Source: Terrimicrobiaceae bacterium (GTDB lineage Bacteria; Verrucomicrobiota; Verrucomicrobiia; Chthoniobacterales; Terrimicrobiaceae). From it: 64,000 bases of DNA. Position numbers and translations under genes: made by a program. Below are positions 47,401-56,155 of this stretch, one piece after another (the first letter of the stretch is position 1; the number at the start of each line of letters is the position of its first letter). The notes beneath the pieces are model-generated. The model did not search any database and was not told the origin of the DNA. It saw nothing but the letters and a program-made list of their open reading frames with translations. The stretch lies in assembly GCA_044344595.1 (NCBI GenBank), contig JBIJCR010000003.1:5960-69959 (forward strand), given 5' to 3'.

Positions 47401-49338
47401 TTACGATGCTTCGCCGCTGCGCGTTGTGCCTAGCGGCTCGCTTCCAGATGACCGGTCGGTCCGGAACGGACCCGCTGGATAGCTGATGGTATTTATCAGA
47501 TTCGCCCCCTCGGGATTGTCGGCCCAAGCGTAGCGCACTGCCTGCGGCGCTATGATGTCCGGATGCCAGACCAGCAGACTTCCGCCTTCGATGGCGGAAT
47601 AGGCTGGCTGAAAAATGCCGTCCGCTCCAGCTATGACCAAGGTTCGCACCATTTCTCCTTCGCGCAATGCCAAGCCGTCGCCAACCTGGTCAAAGAGGAT
47701 CCGGATCCGGTTCCCCTCTATCCGATGTTCGCGGTAAATCGGGCCGCCTGGAATAATTGACTGTCCGTAAACTTTAGCCAAGGCCCATTGAGCTAGGCGG
47801 ATACCAACCGTCCGCTTGTCTTTCGGGTGGATATCCGTGGCGTCGCCGACATCAAGGATGACGGCTAAACCTGTGCCTGGCAGTTCCAGCGCATCTTGTT
47901 GCGCCTCGCGCAAGAGCGCCCAGTTGGAATCGGTCTGGAAGTTCTGCGGCGGCAGATAGCTCGTGAGCTGGACAATGCCAAAAGGAAAATCCCCCAAGCC
48001 GAAGTGGAAGCGCCAGTCCTCGATCAGGTCGCGCAGGAGTTGCCGATACTCGAGTGCCTTGGGGGCATTGGATTCGCCCTGATACCAGATTACGCCGGTG
48101 ATCCCTACCGGCAGCAATGGCCGGATCATGTTATCGAAAAGCATGTATGGCGAGTTGGGCTGCCCGTGCCCCATACTCTCGCTCACCCCGACCAAGCCGA
48201 AGTTGTGCTCGACTTGGCAACGCCAGTCGCCGGCCAGTGGGATCGAGGTTTCTTCCGCATTCTCAGCCTCGACCAAGCGCATCGCGGACGCAGGCCCGAT
48301 CAGACCGCCGCTAAAGCGGAACGAATAAGCCCGCACGGCAATAACGAGCTCCGCACTTTGAGTCAGGGTGGGCGGTATGGCGTATTTGCGTTGTTCCGCC
48401 CAAACGCTCTCATCGAAACCGGATCCCGTGCGCCCGATTTCCGTGCCGTTAACGTAAGTGATATCCTGCTTGTCCACCGCGCCTAGGTGTAGGGTCAGTG
48501 GCTTCCCACGCAGAGAAGGGGGCAACGCCACGCGCGTCCGGAACCACATTACCGCCGAATAGTTGTGCCCGTGTTGCTGCCAAGTGCCCGGCAGCGGTAT
48601 GGTTTCCCAAGACCGGTCGTCAAAGTGGGCCGCGTGCCAGCCTCTCTCGAGCCCGCGATTGCCCGGGTCGGCAGGTAGAATCTCCTCCAGAGAGCGCTTC
48701 TCCCAGCCCGCCTTGTTGTTCGCGAAATCCTCGTAGTTCTTCACCCAATCGCGCTTGGCGGTATGGCGCAGGAGTCGTTCTCGGCTGATCCAGGTTTCGA
48801 TGAAGGTGCCGCCCCAACTCGCGTTGATGATGCCAAACGGGATGCCGATTTCATCCTGCAACCTTTGTGCGAAAATGTTCGCCACTGCGGAGAATTTGCC
48901 CATCGTTTCCGGAGTGGCCAGTTGCCACTCGCCGTTGACCGTCGATTGCGGCGCCGCATCGGCGCGATTGGCGATCGTGATCATACGGATCTGATCCGGT
49001 TTGGCCGCAGCGATCTCAGCCGTGTAATACGATTCCGTCATCGACCATTGCATGTTGGACTGGCCCGACGCGAGCCAGACGTCGCCAACGAGAATGTCCG
49101 GAACCTCGAGGCGTTCGCTGCCGTCGAGTCTCTCCACTACCAGGGTGTGCGGTCCACCGGCCGGCAGGGCGGGCAAACGCAGCAGGAAGCGGGCATCGTC
49201 GCCCGAAATTCCTTCCGCTTGGCTGGTCCCCAGAGAGGCTCTGATGCGGGTGCGGGGCTGATCCGTCCAGCCCCAGACGGGAATGGTCTGGTGGCGTTGG
49301 ACTACAGCGTGCGGGGTGAGTAGAGGAGTGATTTTCAT
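47401..49338 (-). CDS. SASA/sialate O-acetylesterase-like esterase (long form with N-terminal and inserted beta-sandwich domains)
   Basis: 645 aa. Carries VWLASGQSNMQWSM and GVIWYQGESN. No signal peptide. Confidence 0.85.
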   Translation of the reverse strand: MKITPLLTPHAVVQRHQTIPVWGWTDQPRTRIRASLGTSQAEGISGDDARFLLRLPALPAGGPHTLVVERLDGSERLEVPDILVGDVWLASGQSNMQWSMTESYYTAEIAAAKPDQIRMITIANRADAAPQSTVNGEWQLATPETMGKFSAVANIFAQRLQDEIGIPFGIINASWGGTFIETWISRERLLRHTAKRDWVKNYEDFANNKAGWEKRSLEEILPADPGNRGLERGWHAAHFDDRSWETIPLPGTWQQHGHNYSAVMWFRTRVALPPSLRGKPLTLHLGAVDKQDITYVNGTEIGRTGSGFDESVWAEQRKYAIPPTLTQSAELVIAVRAYSFRFSGGLIGPASAMRLVEAENAEETSIPLAGDWRCQVEHNFGLVGVSESMGHGQPNSPYMLFDNMIRPLLPVGITGVIWYQGESNAPKALEYRQLLRDLIEDWRFHFGLGDFPFGIVQLTSYLPPQNFQTDSNWALLREAQQDALELPGTGLAVILDVGDATDIHPKDKRTVGIRLAQWALAKVYGQSIIPGGPIYREHRIEGNRIRILFDQVGDGLALREGEMVRTLVIAGADGIFQPAYSAIEGGSLLVWHPDIIAPQAVRYAWADNPEGANLINTISYPAGPFRTDRSSGSEPLGTTRSGEAS

Positions 49339-49673
49339 CAGAAATTTAGCCTGTTCTTGTCAGTCGCTTGCGAGATATTGACTATGGTCAGCGTGGCCAC
49401 ATCGCCAAGGCAATTCTGATTTTGCACAATCACCACATTCGCACTCCGACGAGAGTGCGCGAATCGCCGCAAACGGGCCGATGCAACTCCCCTGCCAACA
49501 CACGCAGATCGGCTTCCAAGATCATCTGAAGTTTACCACTGAATTCGCGTCTTTCTGAGGAGGTCATCAAGGGATGAATTTTGGTTTTTTGCGTTCGCTC
49601 ATGTTTGGCGCTCTATTTGAATTATGCGACTTTAGGATTCAAGTGTGGCTGGCAAATCCTCAGCACACCACTG

Positions 49674-49760
49674 GGGGCGAATTCGTCATCAACTGCGCCG
49701 GTCTGTATCCGGACTCCCACATCATTCCCAATCGCGGCGATTCCTACAAAATTTTAGGCT
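49674..49760 (+). pseudogene. Fragment resembling a DAO-family FAD oxidoreductase (LhgO-like)
   Basis: Within track ORF 49574..49792. GEFVINCAGLYPDS is directly followed by HIIPNRGDSYKILG. In intact enzymes these two motifs are separated by tens of residues. There is no N-terminal Rossmann segment. Confidence 0.35.
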
Positions 49761-49873
49761 GTTGCATGTCAAGAGGCAGCTATCTGTTATAACTATAAAA
49801 CAATAAACAAAAAATAGTAAAAATCAGCAAATTGCTATTGTTTAAAATGTAAATATGAATATCTATTTTCCAT

Positions 49874-52660
49874 ATGCCCCAAACATTTTTTTTACCAAAA
49901 ACAGAACCGTTGGCCTATCAAGTGGCGGAGTTTTTGCGTCAGGGCGAAGGCTTTGATTTGAGTCGGGTTGAGGTGTGGATTCCTACGGCAGGGGCGGGTC
50001 GTCGGATTCGGCGAGCTTTGGCGGAGCGCGGGGTGCTGTCGCCCCGCTTTACCCAGCCGCTGAGGGCGCTCTTGCCGGATGGCGCTAGGATCGCGGAGCG
50101 GTTTGAGCGTGAGGGAGCATGGGCGCTGGCTTTGAAAAAGATGGGAAAAGTCATTTTGGAGCCGCTATTTGGAGGCGCGATGTTGGACTCCGATGCGGCG
50201 CGGCTGAAAAGCGGAGGCGTTTTATGTGATCTGTGTGATCTTCTGGCGGAAGCGGGATGGCGTCCCTCGGATGCCCGTGTGGTCGAGGTCTGCGGTGAAG
50301 ATGCAGATCGTTGGGAGGCGTTTGCAAAAATTTATCAATCCTACATCACGCTGTTGAATGCCTGCGACCTCACTGATCCGAATGAGGCCCGCTTCTCGGA
50401 AATGGCATCTCCTTCGCGCGTTGCGGGATTGGATCGCTTGGTCATCGTTTGTATCCCCGACCTGCCTGTGGTTGCGCAGCGATACGCCGAGGCACTTGCC
50501 AAGCGTGGTGTAAGAGTTGAGGTCTTGGTGTGGATGCCGGGCGACCTCGCCGGCGGCTTCGATGCAATGGGGAGGCCTGTTCCCGAAGAATGGGCCGACT
50601 GCCGAGTAGCCCTGGATTCCTTGCAAATCGGGGTTCTGCGGTCGCCGGAGGATGAGGCTCGGCATGCGTTGGATTTCGCAGTTGCTGCACGGAAAGCCGG
50701 CGACTATGCGATCGTTCTGGCCGATCCGACGCTCGGTAGCACTTTTTGCACTGAGGTGGAGTCGCGTGGGGGGAGGGCATTTTTGCCTGATGGAGGGCGG
50801 CTGGATCTCACGGAGGCAGGCCTCATTGCGCTTGAGTGGCCGCGTTTTCAATCCACGGGAGAATTGCGAATTCTGCGTCGTTTGCTCGAGTTGCCGCGTT
50901 TCAGTCGGGTGCTGAGGGTTGGCTCGGAATTCAAGGCCGACGAGGCTCTGGCGGCTTGCGACTTCCTCATCGGCGAGGCTGTGCTTTCCGATCTGGAACA
51001 GGCCAAGGCATTCGCGAAAGTGGAGTTCAACCCGGAGATGAATAAGCGCCGCGCTCAATCGCAAATTCTCATCAACTTGGTGGAGGCCCTTATTCCGGCG
51101 ACTGCGCCGGAATTGCTCGCCAAGGCCTGGAAATCAGGTGGTGAGGGCTTGGAAGCAGCACGCAAGGTTGTGAGTCTCCATGACTCTATCTCTGCATCTC
51201 CGATTTACGCCGTCGGTGGTTCACGCGACAGCGAAGGCAATTTATTAGCAGAAAATGCATTCGCCCGCGCGTTGAAATCCGAGCCTGTCTTTGACTCATC
51301 GGCCTCGGGTGATGTCGAGTTGTGTGGATGGCTCGAAGCGCCTTGGATCGAGGCCGCGCGACTGTCTGTCTGCGGATGCGTGGAGGGATGCTTGCCGTCT
51401 TCGGTGAACGGTCATCCCTTCCTTCCGGATTCGAAAAGGCGCCAGTTGGATCTTGCCGACAACGCTTCGAGGTTTGCCCGCGACGCCTACCTTTTCCAGT
51501 GCCTCTTACTCGCTCGTCCGAAAGAGGAATTCCGCACTTCCTTCAGCCGCTTTGATTTCGAGGGCAGCCCCGCGTTGCCATCGGGTCTCTTCTTGCGCTG
51601 CGGTGAGGATGCCCTTCCAGAGCGGATTTTAGGGCTTTTTGGCGATTTGCCAAGCGGTGGAAACCGTGCCCGGCGGGACAATAGCTGGAAGTGGAATCTG
51701 CCTGAGAGCGCGCGCAAGAAGGTCGTTAAAATAAGCCCAACGGATTTTTCGGACTATCTCGCTTGCCCCTTCCGGTTCTATCTCAAGAAGGTTCTCAAGC
51801 TCGATGTGTTCATCTCGGATGCCCGTGAGATGGACCCCAAAAGCTTCGGAACTCTTGTTCATGAGGCGCTCGAGCATTTTGGAAATGCCAACCGGGACGA
51901 GTCCGATCCTGCCGTGATCGAGAGCTTGGTTCTTGGTCATCTCGACGCCTCGGTCCAGCAACTTTTCGGTCCCTCGCCATCGCCTGCCGTGCGTGTTCAA
52001 ATCGAAGCGGCCAGGGTGCGGTTGAAGGGCTTCGCCCGCGTGCAAGCCGAGCAATACGCGGCAGGTTGGCGGATAGTCTCGGTTGAGCGAAAATTCGAGT
52101 TCGGGGTAGGGACTCCACTCGATATCGGACCCCTTAAGCTTTCTGGAAAAATCGATCGCATTGAGCGCAATGAATCCACTGGTGCTTGGCGTGTGTTGGA
52201 TTATAAGACCTATGCCAAAGCGGATTCGCCGGCTAAGAAGCACTTCGGTCCGGCTCTCTCGGTCGAGTGGCTGCCCGAAGCGGCATTCATCTATAACAGT
52301 CTCAAAGGCCCAAAACCAAAGCGCTGGAAGGAGCTGCAGCTGCCGCTTTATGCCAAAATGTTGCGTGATTCTGATGGGCCTCAGATTGGAGAGTCGGCCA
52401 TCCACACGGGTTACTTCGTTCTTTCTGCAGACCCTGCGGCGACCGCCATTCAGGAGTTCACCGAACTCGATGCGGAAGTCATGAGCTCGGCGATGGCCTG
52501 CGCGGAACAAATCGCAACGCTCGTTCACAAGGGCAAATTCTGGCCACCGCAGCCATTGAAAACCTCGTGGGACGATCCATTCGACACGTTCTTTCTCAAT
52601 GGAAATCCCGGCGCCTGCATCGCACCTGACACAATTGCTTTTTTGGAGGGAACCCAATGA
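49874..52660 (+). CDS. addB: AddB-like PD-(D/E)XK nuclease subunit of a helicase-nuclease complex
   Basis: 928 aa. Degenerate N-terminal P-loop (IPTAGAGRR). C-terminal RecB-type nuclease motifs (GTLVHEALE; GKIDRIE...WRVLDYKT). ATGA overlap with the downstream helicase gene. Confidence 0.65.
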   Translation: MPQTFFLPKTEPLAYQVAEFLRQGEGFDLSRVEVWIPTAGAGRRIRRALAERGVLSPRFTQPLRALLPDGARIAERFEREGAWALALKKMGKVILEPLFGGAMLDSDAARLKSGGVLCDLCDLLAEAGWRPSDARVVEVCGEDADRWEAFAKIYQSYITLLNACDLTDPNEARFSEMASPSRVAGLDRLVIVCIPDLPVVAQRYAEALAKRGVRVEVLVWMPGDLAGGFDAMGRPVPEEWADCRVALDSLQIGVLRSPEDEARHALDFAVAARKAGDYAIVLADPTLGSTFCTEVESRGGRAFLPDGGRLDLTEAGLIALEWPRFQSTGELRILRRLLELPRFSRVLRVGSEFKADEALAACDFLIGEAVLSDLEQAKAFAKVEFNPEMNKRRAQSQILINLVEALIPATAPELLAKAWKSGGEGLEAARKVVSLHDSISASPIYAVGGSRDSEGNLLAENAFARALKSEPVFDSSASGDVELCGWLEAPWIEAARLSVCGCVEGCLPSSVNGHPFLPDSKRRQLDLADNASRFARDAYLFQCLLLARPKEEFRTSFSRFDFEGSPALPSGLFLRCGEDALPERILGLFGDLPSGGNRARRDNSWKWNLPESARKKVVKISPTDFSDYLACPFRFYLKKVLKLDVFISDAREMDPKSFGTLVHEALEHFGNANRDESDPAVIESLVLGHLDASVQQLFGPSPSPAVRVQIEAARVRLKGFARVQAEQYAAGWRIVSVERKFEFGVGTPLDIGPLKLSGKIDRIERNESTGAWRVLDYKTYAKADSPAKKHFGPALSVEWLPEAAFIYNSLKGPKPKRWKELQLPLYAKMLRDSDGPQIGESAIHTGYFVLSADPAATAIQEFTELDAEVMSSAMACAEQIATLVHKGKFWPPQPLKTSWDDPFDTFFLNGNPGACIAPDTIAFLEGTQ

Positions 52661-55600
52661 CCAACCAAAGACTCATCGCAAATGCCGGGAGCGGTAAAAC
52701 CTACGCGCTCACCACTCGCATGATCCAACTCCTTGACCGAGATGTGGAGCCAAGCCGGATCGCCGCACTCACATTCACGCGCAAATCCGCCGGCGAATTC
52801 CTTTCGGCCGTCTTCAAGCGTTTAGCCGAGGCCGCGCAGGATTCTAAAAAACTGGCCGACCTTCAAATGGAAGATGGGCTTGCCGACCTCGACGCTGCGC
52901 GCTGCCGAGCCCTGCTCGCCAGGCTTGCCTTGCAGATCGGTCGTCTCGGCATGGGAACAATCGACAGCTTCTTCGCCCGCATCGCCCGCGCCTTCCCGCT
53001 CGAGTCTGGACTCGCCGAAGACTTTGCCATGGCTCGCGAAGCCGAAATTTTATCCGCCCATGAGAGAACTCTGGCCGCCCTCTTCGCTAACGAATCCGCC
53101 GCCTCGCTCTCCGATTTCATCGACCTCCTCCGCCGCATCAATCGAACGCATGGCGAGCGCGATGTGTTTAAAAACCTCCTGGAAGAAACGAAAAATTTGC
53201 ATGAAAAATTCCTTGCGACCCCCCGGGGAAGCGTCTGGGGCGATGCTGCTGCCATTTGGGAGGCGGGCTGCGCCATATTGAATTCAAAGCATGATCTTCC
53301 CGCCTGCGTGTTGGAATTTCGCACCCTAATGCAAAAAACCAGTCCCGACCTGTCGGACGAGCACCGGGAAAAATGGATGTCTTGGTTGGATGAGGCTTCA
53401 TCTTGGACCAATGGAACCATGGCATCCGCTTCCTTGAAGGAGTTTTTTAAGAAACTTCAGTCTCTCAAAAATGATCCGAAAACAGGGCGTCAAATCATCG
53501 CCAACGGACAGGGAAGTCCGAAAAATGGTCGAATATATTTTGATGACGACCTTCTCCTCCTCCGGCAACAAATCATCGAAGGCATCTTGAAATTGGAATT
53601 CGAATCCCTGCTTGAGCGCAGCCGTTCTCTCCATGCCCTCATGCAGAAGTTTGAGGATTCCTACGCATCGCTCGTCCGCTCGGCAGGCCTTGTCACGTTC
53701 GGCGATATCACGGACTCGCTGGCGCGAAAGGCTGGAGACGAGGCCTGGCGTCTGTCCGCAGGCTACCGCATCGACCAGAAGTTCGACCACTGGTTGCTCG
53801 ATGAGTTTCAAGACACCAGCCGACCGCAGTGGAAAATCCTTTGGACATTCATCGAGGAAATTCTCTCGAACCCCGAAGGCGGCCGCAGCTTTTTCTATGT
53901 CGGTGATACCAAGCAGGCGATCTACTCATGGCGGGGAGGGGATCCCAACCTGTTCTTTGAGATTTTTGATCAGATTAACAAAAAAGGATACTTCATCGAA
54001 GACGCTCCGCCTTTGAACGAGTCTTACCGCTCGTGCCAAGCGATTTTGGATTTTGTGAATAAGGTTTTCGGCGATCTCGGCCCAGTCAAAACCGCTCTGG
54101 AAATCCCCGACTCCGTCGCTGCCAAGTGGGCGAGCGCTTGGACTGAACACATCGTTTCCCCGAAAACCCGCGATCTCGATGGCTATGCCGAGTGGGTATC
54201 CATTCCAAAAAATACTGGCGATGAGGAAGAGGAAGGCGACGCGCCTGATCGAAAGATTCTGCAAATCCTGCAAACGACCGAACCGTGGAAGCGCGGTCTT
54301 TCGTGCGCCGTCCTCAAGCGAGACAACAAAGGCGTCGCTGCCCTGGCCTCGCTCTTGCAGTCGAAGGATATCCCTGTTGCAGTCGAAGGAAAAACCAACC
54401 CCTGTGTGGACAATCCGCTCGGCGCCTCATTCATCGCTGCGTTGCGCCTGTGTGCCTCGCCCGACGACAAGATCGCCGCCGCTGTTGTGAATGGCTTCCC
54501 GGCCACTGCGGCATGGGGTGTCGGCGATGGATGGAAATTCCGCAGGGAGACGCTTGCCAGCGTGGCGCAGTCGGGATTTGCGCCGACAATCCGCCGATGG
54601 ATCGAGGCATCCGATCTCGAAGCCGAGCCCTTTTTAAAAGAGCGCGCGGCTGCATTCCTTCTCGCCGCCGAGGAATTTGATGCCTGCCGCAAATCCTCGG
54701 ATGGAATCCCCGATTTTCTCCGTTTTGTTAAAAATCGCCAAACCCAGGAAAACGAGGCCTCGGGTGTCGTCAGGATCATGAATGTGCACCAATCCAAGGG
54801 GCTCGGATTCGATATGGTGATCGTCAGCGGGCTGGACAAAAGAGGCGGCAACGATGGCGCGAAGATCGCGCTCGGACCGTCAGCCGATGAGGCGAAATGG
54901 GGGGTCTTGATGCCAGCGAAAGATATTGCCGTTCACGACACTGTGCTCGATGCCCAACTCAAAATCGAAGAGGCCGATGAAAAATTCGGCGAAATTTGCA
55001 CGGCCTATGTCGCCCTGACTCGGGCCAAGAAGGCCCTCTATGTCGTGACCAATGAGTTGGGTGAGACCACGAAGGCAAAAAACTTCGCGCGGCATCTTCT
55101 TCTCCAATTCGGTGCATCCTCAGCCTCTATCGGAAATGCCAATTGGTATCGGGATCACGCAATCGGAGATGCCGCCACTGATCCAGTGGCCTCCACCTCC
55201 AATCCTTTTTGCGCCCAACTCCATGGGACTCCCAAGCCGGCTTCGCCGTCAGATTACAAGGCGGAATCCGCAAGTGGATCGAATTTCGCCAACTTATCCC
55301 TCGACGCTGCCGCGCTCGGAACCGAGGTCCATGAGGCCCTGGCCGGTATAGAATGGTTCGAGTCGGGCACCCGGTTGTCCGAGAATCTTTCGCAACAAGC
55401 AGAAAAACTCCTGCTTGGTTTTTTGGATAAACCGATCGCTCAAGAGGTGTTCACCAAGCCGGCTCATCCTCACAACCTTTGGCGCGAACGGGCCTTTGAT
55501 GTGACGCTCGAAGGTCAATGGGTCAGCGGTGTCTTCGATCGCGTCCTGGTTCACTGCTCCGACGAAGGATTACCAATGTCCGCAATCATCTACGACTTCA

Positions 55601-55734
55601 AAACCGACCACGGCAGCCACGATGAAATCGAGGAACGCTATGCAGGCCAGCTGGAAGTTTATCGCCAAGCCGCCTGCGACTTGCTGGGTCTCTCAACCGA
55701 CTGCGTGAAGATCAAAATCCTCTGCGTGCGCTGA
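52657..55734 (+). CDS. addA: AddA-like UvrD/Rep-family helicase with C-terminal PD-(D/E)XK nuclease
   Basis: Walker A NAGSGKTYAL, motif II LLDEFQDTS, VGDTKQAIYSWRGG, IMNVHQSKGLGFD and YVALTRAKKALYVV. C-terminal nuclease block GVFDRVLV...IIYDFKTD. Confidence 0.85.
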   Translation: MTNQRLIANAGSGKTYALTTRMIQLLDRDVEPSRIAALTFTRKSAGEFLSAVFKRLAEAAQDSKKLADLQMEDGLADLDAARCRALLARLALQIGRLGMGTIDSFFARIARAFPLESGLAEDFAMAREAEILSAHERTLAALFANESAASLSDFIDLLRRINRTHGERDVFKNLLEETKNLHEKFLATPRGSVWGDAAAIWEAGCAILNSKHDLPACVLEFRTLMQKTSPDLSDEHREKWMSWLDEASSWTNGTMASASLKEFFKKLQSLKNDPKTGRQIIANGQGSPKNGRIYFDDDLLLLRQQIIEGILKLEFESLLERSRSLHALMQKFEDSYASLVRSAGLVTFGDITDSLARKAGDEAWRLSAGYRIDQKFDHWLLDEFQDTSRPQWKILWTFIEEILSNPEGGRSFFYVGDTKQAIYSWRGGDPNLFFEIFDQINKKGYFIEDAPPLNESYRSCQAILDFVNKVFGDLGPVKTALEIPDSVAAKWASAWTEHIVSPKTRDLDGYAEWVSIPKNTGDEEEEGDAPDRKILQILQTTEPWKRGLSCAVLKRDNKGVAALASLLQSKDIPVAVEGKTNPCVDNPLGASFIAALRLCASPDDKIAAAVVNGFPATAAWGVGDGWKFRRETLASVAQSGFAPTIRRWIEASDLEAEPFLKERAAAFLLAAEEFDACRKSSDGIPDFLRFVKNRQTQENEASGVVRIMNVHQSKGLGFDMVIVSGLDKRGGNDGAKIALGPSADEAKWGVLMPAKDIAVHDTVLDAQLKIEEADEKFGEICTAYVALTRAKKALYVVTNELGETTKAKNFARHLLLQFGASSASIGNANWYRDHAIGDAATDPVASTSNPFCAQLHGTPKPASPSDYKAESASGSNFANLSLDAAALGTEVHEALAGIEWFESGTRLSENLSQQAEKLLLGFLDKPIAQEVFTKPAHPHNLWRERAFDVTLEGQWVSGVFDRVLVHCSDEGLPMSAIIYDFKTDHGSHDEIEERYAGQLEVYRQAACDLLGLSTDCVKIKILCVR

Positions 55735-55876
55735 ATAAATGATCTGTCGATCCCACGTCGGCTCAACTCTTCGGTATAATACTCCTCGTCCAGTGCAAAT
55801 TCGCGCTGGAGGCCAATTGAGACAACCTCACGTATTTTGCCAATGAGCTCACCTTCGTGGCTTCCGCCAAGTTGAA

Positions 55877-56040
55877 CCCGAATACAGCAGAATTAACCAC
55901 AGAGCGCACAGAGAACACAGAGGATGATCTGTTTATGATGCGATGGGTTTGAAATGATTTGTGCGATATCAAACAAAAGCCAAAGCCTTTCCTGTAATTT
56001 CTCTCCATCCTGCCCTCCTGTCTTAAAATCCGTTTTCGGA
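55877..56040 (-). mobile_element. 164-bp MITE-like element, copy C
   Basis: Flanked by identical TTGAA (forward strand) at 55872-55876 and 56041-56045. Its right-hand ~110 nt are identical to copy A. Confidence 0.6.
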
Positions 56041-56155
56041 TTGAACCAGGATGGCAACCTCTCTCGCGTCGTCTGCAACAAGGAATTCCCCCTCCGCTCG
56101 ATCCGCATAGGTTTGCCATTTACGTTAGCTGAGTCTCGACTATTTGTCTTTTTGT

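Noticed and set aside
49440-49459. 7-bp stem-loop cgcactc-cgacga-gagtgcg.
   Set aside because: It is short, has no following T-tract, and lies upstream of (not after) the nearest minus-strand gene. It is not a convincing terminator or riboswitch element.
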